64,000 nt of DNA from Geosiphon pyriformis uo1 (Eukaryota; Fungi; Glomeromycota). The stretch lies in contig JAAOMT010000710.1 in NCBI GenBank assembly GCA_016748015.1, positions 620,001 to 684,000 of the forward strand, written 5' to 3'. A program made the position numbers and the translations under genes. Of this stretch, positions 50,801-62,117 are shown one piece after another; the first letter of the stretch is position 1; each line of letters starts with the position of its first letter. The notes under the pieces were generated by a model. The model was not told the origin of the DNA. It did not search any database and saw only the letters and a program-made list of their open reading frames with translations.

Positions 50801-52309
50801 CTTGAAGAGTGCCTGGATGCAATGAGCATACATGTTGCAAAATGCTACTGCACAGGCCATGAATAAACTGGTTGAGGATCTGTAGTGCTGTAAAATAGTT
50901 GGCGTCAATTGCCTGGATCTAGTGCAGATTTCTATGGAAGTGTTTCAGGTAAGTAATGACTGCTTCAGTTTCTCCTTGCTTTATAGTAGTGAATGTATTG
51001 ACTAGGTAATTGATACTGTTATTGTTGCTAAAGTATCTTAAAAATTCCACTTTGAAGGCATTAAAGTCTTGTGGTTTATTGATCAAGCTCTGATACCATA
51101 AATCAGCAGTATCTTTGAGAAAATAGGGAATGGCTTGCATTGCTCGGGCATTATTCTATCTGTTGGTTGTGATGGCTTTTTTCACATCGTTCAGCCATAC
51201 TTGAGCATTGTTTTCTTCGCTGGTGAAATTATCCAGTTTCGCGATTGGTGCATAGGCCATTGGATCTAAGTTGGGTGGTTGTGGTGGCTGTTGAAGTGGT
51301 TGTTGATTTTGTTGAGGTAGTAGTTGAAGTGGCTGCTGTATAGATTCGGCTATTGAATCAATTGGTGGTTAATTGATAATGATTACCAGAGGTAAGTTTG
51401 ATTGATTAATTAGATTGGGGTTTTGATTATTCTGAGTTGGCAGTGTCTGAATATTCGGAGTTTCAACTTCTGAATTTACTGAATTTAAATTTTGCTGGTT
51501 CCGAAGATTCAGGGTTTCAAATTCTGGGTTTTCAGTGATTGGGTTCTGATAAGTAAATTCTTGATCTTCAGTTTCTTTTTTTTCCTCTTCTTCTGATTTT
51601 GTTACCTCCCACAGATCAGAGATTCCAAAATCTGGTAGAGGTGGTAGTGATCAAATTCCTGATGGCATTGGTAATCATGATTTAAATCCCTTGAAATATT
51701 CTTCATATGGTCCTAATAACTCCACTTTTCTTTGTTTACTTTGGAATGTGAATTGTCCAAATATTGATGTCACATTTGGTGTGGATATGCCTGCAGATAA
51801 AATATTGATAGTGCTTCCAGGTGTGTAATGATATGATGGATATGATGGGGATTCAATTCTTTGTTTCTTCCAAGTTGGTAGTTGTATCTCTTTAGGTGTT
51901 ACTGCTGGTGTTTGTAACTTTCTTTTGCTTTTATCTACGTAGGTAATAGGAAATTGTTGTTGAGTGTACCTTTCAATAGTTTGGTTGATTTCTCTGATTA
52001 TTGGTGTGAAACTATAGTTCTTTGGTAAGTTGGTGTGTTGAAATAATTCTGTGTAAAAGTTTTCTCTTGCTGCTTTAATGTTAACTGTTCCTCCTAAGCA
52101 TTCAGTAATTTTGTTGTTGATGTAGAAGTTAAAGGCTGATTCGGCTGGATAATGATTACTGTTTAATCCTAATTGTTGGCTGTATTGTTAAAACAAAAAT
52201 TTCGCGAATCCTAAATGGTTTGCTTCTATATTTTTTGATTCTGCCACTTTTGGTTTGTTTTTGTTGGTGCTAGTTCTTTGTAGAATTATACCTCACAGGG
52301 AGCACCAAA

Positions 52310-53237
52310 TGTTACAGATGAGTCTTTGGGGTGTTGAGTGAATAACAAATCTGTAACTTAGTGCACAAAGCAATTAGTGACAATGATAATCTGAAGGTAT
52401 TTTATCTAAAAATTTTCCAATCAAGTTTTTTGTATAATAGACAGAGATTCAATGATAACAGTTTATCAGTAGTTTCCTGAAACCGTAGTTTCATTGATTG
52501 CTTGCTCAGTTTGATGGTTGATGATTCTTCTGATATGATATCCTTTATAAGTGTATACTAGTGCTGTTTCCTGACATCAATTCCTCTGTAAGTCCTCCAA
52601 GAGTAAGTATTGTTTAAACAAGTTTATTCCTCCGTAAGTCCTCCAAGAGTAAATCTTTTAATCAAGTTAGTAGACAACAAAGAAAATAAAGAAAGATAAA
52701 AAATAAAAAATAAAAAATCAGCCAAGGTGATTTGCAAGTTAGTATCCCGTCAATAGTCATGATCAAGAGTTATTGTTCCAGTATGGTTAAGTATCAATTA
52801 CTATCAACATGAAGTGTTGATAATGAAGAATGAATTTGATAGAATAAATAATTATTTATTTGAGAATTGTGGTAACTAAGCTAAGAATTCTTAATGTTTT
52901 TTTTCTTTTTTTTTTCTGCTTCTACTGCTACTGCTATATATACATATTTGAGATTCCTTAATTCCTCAATTCCTTGTGACAGAAATCCTGGAATTTCTGG
53001 AATCTTACAATTTCTGATAAAAAAAATCCTGGAATTCCTGGAATCCTGCGATTCCTGATGAGAGGAATCTTGAAATTCTGGAATCCTGCAATTCCTTGTC
53101 AGAGAATCTTGAAATTTCTGGAATCCTGCAATTTCTCTGAAAGGAATCTTGGAATTCCATATTTTACTATGTCTACCTTTAATTGGCTAATATCTACTGA
53201 CTAATAATACTATATTTCCTATATTCTATGAGTAACA
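52310..53237 (-). repeat. 5' LTR of element D
   Basis: Adjacent PBS TGGTGCTCCCTGTGAGG on the minus strand; longer U3 repeat array than its 3' partner. Confidence 0.95.
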
Positions 53238-53299
53238 GTGGATTATAGAAAACTCAATAGTATTACTTATGGAGACAGCTATTCAACTTTATAAATTTA

Positions 53300-54870
53300 C
53301 TTTTAAAACAACTATTTGAGACAATTTAACAATTCACAATCCAAATAGAAATCACAATTAATAGATAAAAGATATAATACAGAAACAAAAGCAAGAAAAG
53401 AGTAGATAAAAGTTCAATTAAAACTGAATGTTTTTATCCCTATAAACAATTAAAAAAAAAGGATATATGTTGGACCAAATTTAAAGAAATTAAAAAAGCT
53501 TTAAACAAATCAGCATTAGAACCAGTAACAAAAAAATAGACACCTGAAAACTTCAAAATATGGAAAGAAAGACTTTTACTAGTCTACTGGTTCTATAAAA
53601 TTGGTAAACAAATAGGATTAAGAACACTATATGAAGACTTTAACTAATAAATATTTAACAAAAAAGCTTTCAAACAAGTAGAAGTATTTATAAAAAGAAA
53701 CAACTTAATATTATACTATAAAGCAGCATATTAATTATATGCAACATTAAAATACTGTTTAGTTATATTATTACATAGCTTCTTAAAAACTATTACAATT
53801 AACAATATAAAACAAATAACAAATACACAGTTTAAAGACCTACAAAAAACAATATTTAACACAACAATCAAACATTACATGGGAAATACAAATATTACAG
53901 ATATATATGATTTTGCAGAAGCTCAATTTTAAAAAGAAAAAAATAATATTATCCAAATATAAAAACCAATTCAAATTATAAAAAAATGTAATTAAAACAT
54001 AATAACATAAAATAACACAAGATAATACATAATAACTTAGAATAACACAATACAAAATATAAGAACACAATATAGTACAAAAAAACTAGTCAAACTTAAG
54101 ATAACCAGTAATAATATAGAGAAATAAAGCAATAATTAGCAATAACAAAATAATCAAAAGCAGTTTTATAAAACTAAGAAAATTATATAAAAAAAAAGTA
54201 TTTATAAAAAATAGAAAAAAAAAAAATAGACAAGAATCAACTTTCTTCTAACTAAATCTGGTACATATTTCTTGTTATATCTTATATTTTATATTACTAA
54301 AATAAAAAATATTAACAAACCCAAAATCTATATTTATATGATTTGTGTATTCCTATATTTTAGTTGAATTAATCTTGTTTTTATCTTTGTTTTTAGTCAG
54401 ATGTTTTTAGCATAAAACAGTCTTGAACTATTACAACTTGAACTAATCACTCTTGATTATGGTAATTAATGATACTAATTTTTTCTCTTTTATTTTTCTT
54501 TTTTTTTCTGTTTTTTTTATAAAATGGCAACATAGAAAAATTAACTGTTTGAAAATAGACTTTATGATAGTCTGGTAAAAAAATAAAGCTTTTTTTAAGA
54601 TTAGATATTAATATTATCTTATTAGCTTATTAGAAAAGTAAAAAAACATTACTGAATCTTAATAACTATGCTCGATTAGCTTGAAAAAGATAGTTCATTT
54701 ACATAAAATTACAATACTATAAAACCATTTTTCTGTGTTTTATAACCAAAGAACTCTATAAATAAATTCACATCAACCAAAAAACTTTTAGAGACTGATA
54801 ATATTGATATATTGAACAAGTTTACCAAAAAAATCCTCTAAAAGCTTCCTAGAAACCCAAATTTTGAGCA
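53300..54870 (+). mobile_element. Very decayed Gypsy 3' end (element G): ORF3 remnant, PPT ~53930-53944, LTR from ~53947
   Basis: YDFAEAQF* before an A-rich PPT; LTR keeps the CTTGATTA hairpin and GATACTAAT; its U3 does not match LTR C. Confidence 0.6.
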
Positions 54871-55530
54871 CTAAATATTACTCTCATATACTATTAAGTT
54901 TACTCATAATATTGTTAATAAATTTTAATAAAAAAAAAACTTTTATTTAAAGCCAAAAAAATGTTTTATTAGTAATTAAAAACTGTTTTTATATTTATAA
55001 AGACTTTTTGAGCATTAAAACTATTAAAAACAAAAAAAAAGCTTTTTTTGTATTATAAATTAAAATATAATAAAATTACTATATTAAAAAATTAAAATAA
55101 TTACAAAATTCTAAATAATTATTTTATTATATTATTTTTTAAATTTATATTATTTACATTTAATAAAAATTCTTAAAATATTAAACATATATATATTATA
55201 AAAACAAGTAATAAAAAGAATATATTCACTTAAGTAATAAAAAAATTTAATATACATATTTAAATTTTTATTGTTTACAATAAGTTTTTTAAATTCTATA
55301 TTATAATAATTAATATTAATTTTTGAACTAAAATAATTATTTGATTTATAATATTAATAATTAAACAGAAACTTTTAAAAATTGTTAAATAACAATATAA
55401 TTAATAGTAAAATAAAAACTCATATTATAAAATAATAAATTTCTTAAACATAAAATTTATTACAAATAATAAACACATTGATAATTTTAAATATAATTAA
55501 AATAAAATGTAAAAGTTATAATCAAATATT
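54870..55530. repeat. Extremely AT-rich block at the edge of the TE cluster
   Basis: Nearly G/C-free; abrupt switch to CpG-containing DNA at ~55530. Confidence 0.75.
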
Positions 55531-55533
55531 GGT

Positions 55534-56097
55534 TTGTCTGGTCTGCCGGCCGGTGAATCTGCTGTTGTGCGTATGTTGTATGAGATAAGATCTGATAGCC
55601 GATTATATATGGCTGTTGCCAAGGGTTTTGTCTTGAAGGATTGGTTGTTGGAAGCTTGTGATTTGTGTGATGGTAAGTCGGCGGCGGTCGTGAAGGTTGT
55701 TAATTTTGTGAGAGGTTTTGCGGTTCAGCACAGACTGGACATTTGGGTACCCAATGCTTCTTTGAGGCGATTCTATGAGACTAACGGTTTGTTATCATCG
55801 GATGATGTTGTATTTTCTGATGTTTGTGGCCTGTCATCTCGATACTCTGATAAGGACATTCGTAGTTTGGGTTTCATTAGAGGAATTTTAATCAATTTTG
55901 GCACAGAATCTCCTTTGTCATAAGTGTCGTTTGGGTCACGCGATGACGCCTACGCCGTTCGCAACATTAACATGTAGTGCAGCCTTGTCTGGCTCGAGTG
56001 GCTGGTCACGTGTAGAAAAAGCATGAGCCACACTTATTTTAGTTGTATTGTAATAGGTAGTTGGGCTGCGCTCGTTAAATATATTAAAAAAAAACAA
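55534..56097 (+). mobile_element. 3' end of a LINE (ORF2 C-terminus 55534-55923, 3' UTR, A-rich tail), CpG intact
   Basis: AKGFVLKDW..FVRGF....DIW.....R..YE..GL recalls LINE ORF2 C-termini; G/T-rich sense strand like the other LINEs here; A-run at 56086-56097. Confidence 0.6.
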
Positions 56098-56248
56098 ATA
56101 TTGTTTTTAATTGCCCAAAATTACAAATGTTATCATTTTTAAATTAAGATATTATTTTAATAATAAAAAATTGTAAATAACAGATATCCATTTATAAATA
56201 GGTCAAATAAATTACTTAATTTATTATATAAGATGTAAACATTTCTAA

Positions 56249-59200
56249 TTACAAAGTTTGGAAAAATTCTTCAACTTCGGTCACGAGCCCATCCAAAAAT
56301 GCTTGATCTGTGCATTTGAATTCAACTGAAATGCTAGCAATAGATCTGGTTAATGGTTGATCAATTGTTTCCGAAAATGATTGGACTTTGTGAGAAGTAT
56401 ACTGATCAGAATCTTTAACTATTTGCTCCCGCATATTCAATTTTACCATTCCAGCCACTTGGTATCCTTGAACAGTCTTGCCATATATAGTTGCAGCACC
56501 AGATACTTGTTCAACAATGTGCGTTCCCGTATAAAACAAGGACAGTTGATGTATAGTACTTTGGAATAATTGTTCAACGGATTCGGGAGAAGATGTAGAG
56601 TGGATATTGAGCGTACCCGTTGTCGCGCTACTAAAAGGAAAATCTGCAGACTTGGAAACCAGCGATTTGAATTGTTTTGGGGAAATTGATGGAACTTTAA
56701 GCATAAATACTGAAATAGGTATGGGGAATGTAAAGGGTATTTCTGCGGTTGTTTTCTGCAAGTCTTGTTCATCTGCCAAAGACTGTGAAAAAATCCCGAG
56801 GTTATATAGAGTTGATTTTATTTAACGGGAAAAATTCAAAGTGGAGCACGCTTTAAACATAAAATCTTACCTGTTTTTCGTAATTCAATCGCCCACTTAC
56901 GTTTAGTCCGGTTCCAACAATACCAAGCACCCTGAATTCGACTATTGCTTCTTTATCTTCTCCCCTTATCAAGTCACCTTCTAATCTTATCAAAGTGCTT
57001 TCAAACTGAATATCCGAAGATGGGTCAAATTTGTAAACAATTTGTGAAATGGAAGGATCAAGTTCCCCTGTAGCTTCTGTGCGCCTCATATTAAAGACGG
57101 CTATTAATAAGGGTGGTTCACTTTTGGGTTCGATTGATGAGGCTAACCTCAATGTATACGTCTTTGAAAATGTTAATAAATGAAAATTCAAAGAGTAATT
57201 AGGTCTTAGTTTGAGGAATTTCGGTAAATGAATTACTTTTTAGAAATTACTTACAATCTCTATACCATCTGAATGCGCTAATAGTTTTGAAGGAATTTTT
57301 AACATTTCAGCGTTATTTGTGCTTGCTTTCTTTTTATGGGATTTCAATACTAACGTAGGTATCTTTTTTCCTTTCTTTTTGACCTGAATTATAAGGGATT
57401 AGGTGAATGGAAAGAAAACTTTTTGGATTTGAATTTCATATATAGATAGATAGATTACTTCTTTGGCCGTCTTTTCCATCTTTTTCTTCGAAACCTTTAT
57501 TCCTCCCTCCTCTTTATTCTTAGACACCTTTTTGGCTTTTCCTGTATTTTCATCAGTTAACGAAATTTCTCCGACGTCTTGCTTCTTCTTTATTGATTTA
57601 TTCTTTTTAGATCCTTCTCTCTGTGTAAAATTAAAGTTTTTAAAGCATTATTACAGATAATAAATTCAAATTGGACTTCAATATGAGTACCTTCTCTTTT
57701 GAGACACGTTCTGTTGCTCGGGCATGCATCAAACGCCTTTCTTCCATTTTCAATCTGTTAACCCGTTCTTCTTCCCGCCTTCTAACCTCTTCAGGACTAA
57801 GATAGACAGTTGGCTGTGGAAAGATCTCGTCTTCTGCAAGTGGTGTTGATAAATCAACATTGGATATTCCTGAAAAATCTACATCCAAGATTCCTTTATC
57901 TTGTTTTTTTATCCAAACACTTGAAGACTGTGAAGGTATGGTATCCTTTTCATCGTCTGACAGAGTGGCATTCTCAGGCATCTCTCCGACATCTGTATAT
58001 ATAACAGGGCCAGTAGAGGGTGATGGTGGAGTAGACTCTCCCGGATTTGTCTTTTTTGATTTACGGGATTTGTTCGTTGATTTGTGTTTGCGTGCTATTT
58101 AAAAGTTGATTAGGGGGTAATTATTCAAGCGAAAATATTATTCTCCCATATGATAATTAATAAAGCGAAACGAATCTTTACATTTAGTATCAAAATCATC
58201 CATTGTCAAGTGAACGATTTTTATAGAATCTACGTCGATCTCTTCAGGAGAATGATGTGAATATCTTGAAACTTTAGGTTTCTTTGATGAGCCAGAGTCT
58301 CCACCTATATAATAAGGATCATTTTTGATTCTTTCTCTTCGCTCTTTGCGGCGCTAGGTAAATTGAGTTATTGATAAAGCAGGGCTTTGGACTTAGTAAA
58401 AATCATAAAATGCTCCCTAAAAGTGAAATTTATTTACCACTTCATTGACTTCGTCACTTTCATCACTGCCGTATTTTTGTCTTCGAAGTGATTTTCGCCT
58501 CCTTCCAAACGTGGTGCCGTTTCCACTTGAAAAGACAAGATCTCCACTACCACCAATTTTTTGCCCATATCCATGACCATAACTTTCTTCAGGTTCTTCC
58601 CCTCGTTCATTGTCGCTGCATTGAGGATCTGGTATAGGCTCATGAATCCAAGTGTCTAAGTCCAGACCATCAGGTAAAGGAACCTTTTTCTGGGCTTTTG
58701 GTGCAACAGGATTGAGTTCATAAGAAAAGAAGAGTGGAGGTAGCTCGGTTACAATTTTCGGGGGTTTGAGAGTTGAAGCAAAAATTTTATCATCCTGGGG
58801 TGCTCCATTCGTGTCGAGAGTAGTTATATCCTTATATATTACTGTGAAGATTTCACGTACATTATATGCCTAAATAAAATAATGAGAAATTTTTAAAATT
58901 GTATGAAAAAATTGTTAAATTACAAAAAGAAACCATTTTTAAAGAATCTTACACGTTCTTGAACTTCCAAATCAGTACAAGAACAAAACATTGGAATGTT
59001 ATCTTTAACCAATGTCGTGGCACGTATTAAATCCTCTTTAGAGTCCCTGTCCCAATTATATAGAAGACTATTGGCCCAAAAAGAATAGATTTTCAGCACG
59101 TTATGAACGTAGACAGCCTGGACGTTATGAGGTAATTTGGTGACGCCAGGTCGTAGCAAACATTCAATTATCTGAAGTGGATTATCCAGATAGCTTGAAA

Positions 59201-61575
59201 ATTATAAAATTATATTTTGAATCAGGATATAAATGAAATAACAGAGTTTGGCATTTGTTGTTATACCAACCTGCAATATTCTCCGGCAATCCACGCGGCA
59301 GCATAGAGGACCTCACAATTCGAATCAGGAAGGGTACAATTTTCCAGAATGGTTGCATCAAAGAGTATCCTTTGCTAAAAAATTAGCTAAGAATGAGAAA
59401 AAAATGTGCTAACATTAAAATTTATAAGATCCAAATGTGAAATTTTTATTAAAATCTACCATGGCTTTCACACAATACTGTCGAACGCTCTTCACTCGAA
59501 CACCGACATCCATGATTTGATTACTCAATAAGTCTCCAACTTTTGTTCCAGCAATAAAAGTAAGGTCTACTAAAACTGCGACATACCATTCGAAATTTGC
59601 AATATTGTTGTAAGAGTTTTGAGAACATACAAAAACAATACGATTTATGATATCAGCACGATAGGCTGGTTCGAGTAGTGAAGGAGGACTATCATCAGCA
59701 GGAGATGGAAGAAGATGTGCCATCAACCGTTTGACAATATCAGGTAGATTTTTTTTATTAACCTGTAGCGAATAAAAATAATTATGTATAAATAGTCAAA
59801 ATACAATTATTATCATCATTGAATATTTACCATTCCGACAACTAAATCCAAGGCAGGCAATCGAATGCTAATATCAGCATCATCGATACATTGAAGAATA
59901 ATATCTCGATGTTCGGCAACAAGTTTTGGATGAGTGGGCACAATTTTACCCAAGGCCAATAAACCTATATATTTGACTATGGTATGATATCATCTAGGAG
60001 TCAAAAATAAAAGACATGATTTCATAATCAAATCTGTTTGGCCTTAAATCATTAAATAGGATACGATTTTGATCGGGATCCTCCAGGAAAGTCTTTAACT
60101 TGTTGACACACATGGCTGCAAGGGAATCCGAATTTGTTGCCATGCTCAACATCCCTCCAGTAATAACAGTATGGACACATTCATATAACAAGGACATCGC
60201 TTGTGTAGTTTGAATTAGATTGGTAATAGGTGATAAGAGTTTCTTAGCAAGCCGAGGTTCGAGAGGAGTCAAAGCTCCAAACTAATGTCCATTATGTGAT
60301 TTATTATTTAAGATATAATGGTTTTACGATTCTTCAATAATATTTAATTGGATAACATACCAGTTTTATAATTTTAATCAGCATCCAATTATTTGATGAA
60401 TTGGTAAGCAACTTGAACAATTGGGGTGCGAGTGATAAGTAATTTTTGGGATTTTTTCGAGCCAATTCACATATAACATTAACAACAGCTGAGACGACAG
60501 CTGTAAAAATAGAGTTTTAAATTGAAAGGTTAAATCATAAAATCAATAGATACAATGATCTTATGAATTGCACAACATAAAAATTAAAGAATAGCCTACA
60601 AGGATCTGGATCCTCCAATCGCTCTTTCAGCTTGGGGAAACTTAGCCTCAACCCTTCCGGATATTTTAAGAAGACTTTGTACAGAGCAAGAACAACCTTT
60701 TTGCGCACGTAAGGCCGGGAATGATTAAGCATAGCAACCAGATCCTGGCATAGGTCCCGTGCAAGATCAGGAGTAACAATGAGAGAAAGACCGTTGAGCG
60801 CGACTCCCACTTCGAGATGGTTGCTGGACGCAAGGTCCTAATTTTTAGCAGTGATTGATTGGGTTTTAACTTTTTACTGAATTTCTTTTTAAACACTAGA
60901 ACAGGTGGACATAGTAAAATCATCAATTTTTATTTATTTCTGTTTTTTATTGATTTATTCTGATAGCTTAGATGAAAGAATCTAAAGCACAAGTCTTTTC
61001 TAAAAATGGTCTTTGACAACAAATTAAGGTTATGAGAATAAGTTTTACTTGATGTCACAACCTGAGTTTGTGTTCAAGGACTTCAAAACCCATTGCTCGC
61101 AGAGCCCAATTGATGAAAGGAACTCAAACTTCATTTTGATCGAAAGAACCTCGCTTCCTACCTTTTTTAACAGATTAGTTGTCAGCATTAAGACATCGGT
61201 CTCCTGACTAAAGGATTGGGTAGCTGCCAAGTATCCTGAACGTTTGTGATTGAATTTGGCGGACGACATGACTTCAACCACATGAAACGAGGCCCATGAC
61301 ATGTCGTAGCCGAGCATTTGAAGCTAATGAAGGTAATTTAAAACGAAAATGGGTGATTCCTCTTGTTTCTCCTTGGAAATTAATGTATTTGTGGTTCAAG
61401 TCTGGTTTTTACTTCATACATATGTTAATTTAGAGACCGCCGTGGCCTTTACGTCAGGGTCATTGCTCTTCACCTCCTTGCGTATTTCTTGCAATCGTTC
61501 TGCAATGTATCTTTGTTCGTTTTTCTTATTCGCTCGAATACCGCGTATCAGCCCAGATAAAGTCTCCTCAAACAT
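56249..61575 (-). CDS. AP3D1 (APL5): AP-3 complex subunit delta (delta adaptin), about 16 exons
   Basis: MFEETLSGLIRGIRANK, LGYDMSWASFHVVEVMSS, LTPLEPRLAKKL, NFEWY, DLEVQERA, ELNPVAPKAQKKVPLPDGLDLDTWI; GT-AG exons e.g. 61575-61420, 61323-61162, 60837-60600, 60500-60361, 60281-60065, 59976-59831, 59762-59460; TAA at 56249. Confidence 0.96.
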
Positions 61576-62117
61576 TTCAGCGTCTCGGAGTAGATTCAAA
61601 AGGTAAAAGTCAGTATAAATATCAGAAAATCTAGCCTATTGTTTATATGAATTAAATTAAAGGATTCTTTATTATATTAAAATAATAATTAAATTTAATT
61701 AGATTTTTATTTATACTAATTAAATAATTTAAACATAAATAAATTTAAACAAAAAAGTTATTTAGAAAAATACAATTTTTACAATTAAATGATAAAAATA
61801 TTAATATAACTATTGTTATTAATTAAAATCTATAATAAAAATATGTAATATTAATTTTTGTTTATGTAAAATAAAATAAAATTTAAATTTAAATTAACAA
61901 TATTAATTGTAACAATATATGGTTTAAAAAAATTTTATTCCAAAAAATAAATGAAATAAAATCATGTGGTAATTCATATTAATTATTTTTTATAATATTA
62001 TTTAATTATTAAAACGCGTCACGGAATAAAAGACGCCGTAGAACTTATATTTACCTCCACTCTTTGAAATTCTTAGTTCTACCGTTGCACACTTCTACCC
62101 CCACCTTTACAGTGACT
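61576..62117. promoter_or_regulatory. Bidirectional promoter region, AT-rich, with an MCB-like ACGCGT at 62014-62019
   Basis: Divergent start codons at 61575 and 62118; lone ACGCGT about 100 bp upstream of the DONSON-like ATG. Confidence 0.55.

Larger units (their letters stand above)
25301..53237 (-). mobile_element. Full-length Gypsy element D, LTRs 25301-26168 and 52310-53237, TSD GTGG, interrupted by element E
   Basis: Matching LTRs TGTTAC..GTAACA; GTGG at 25297-25300 and 53238-53241; PBS 52291-52309; gag/PR ~52270-49500; dUTPase ~48300-47890; RT-RH ending at 28310; integrase from 28247; ORF3 26811-26182. Confidence 0.95.

Noticed and set aside
60838-61161. Longer AP-3 delta intron with an imperfect hairpin, possible snoRNA or alternative exon
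   Set aside because: No convincing paired C/D or H/ACA boxes.
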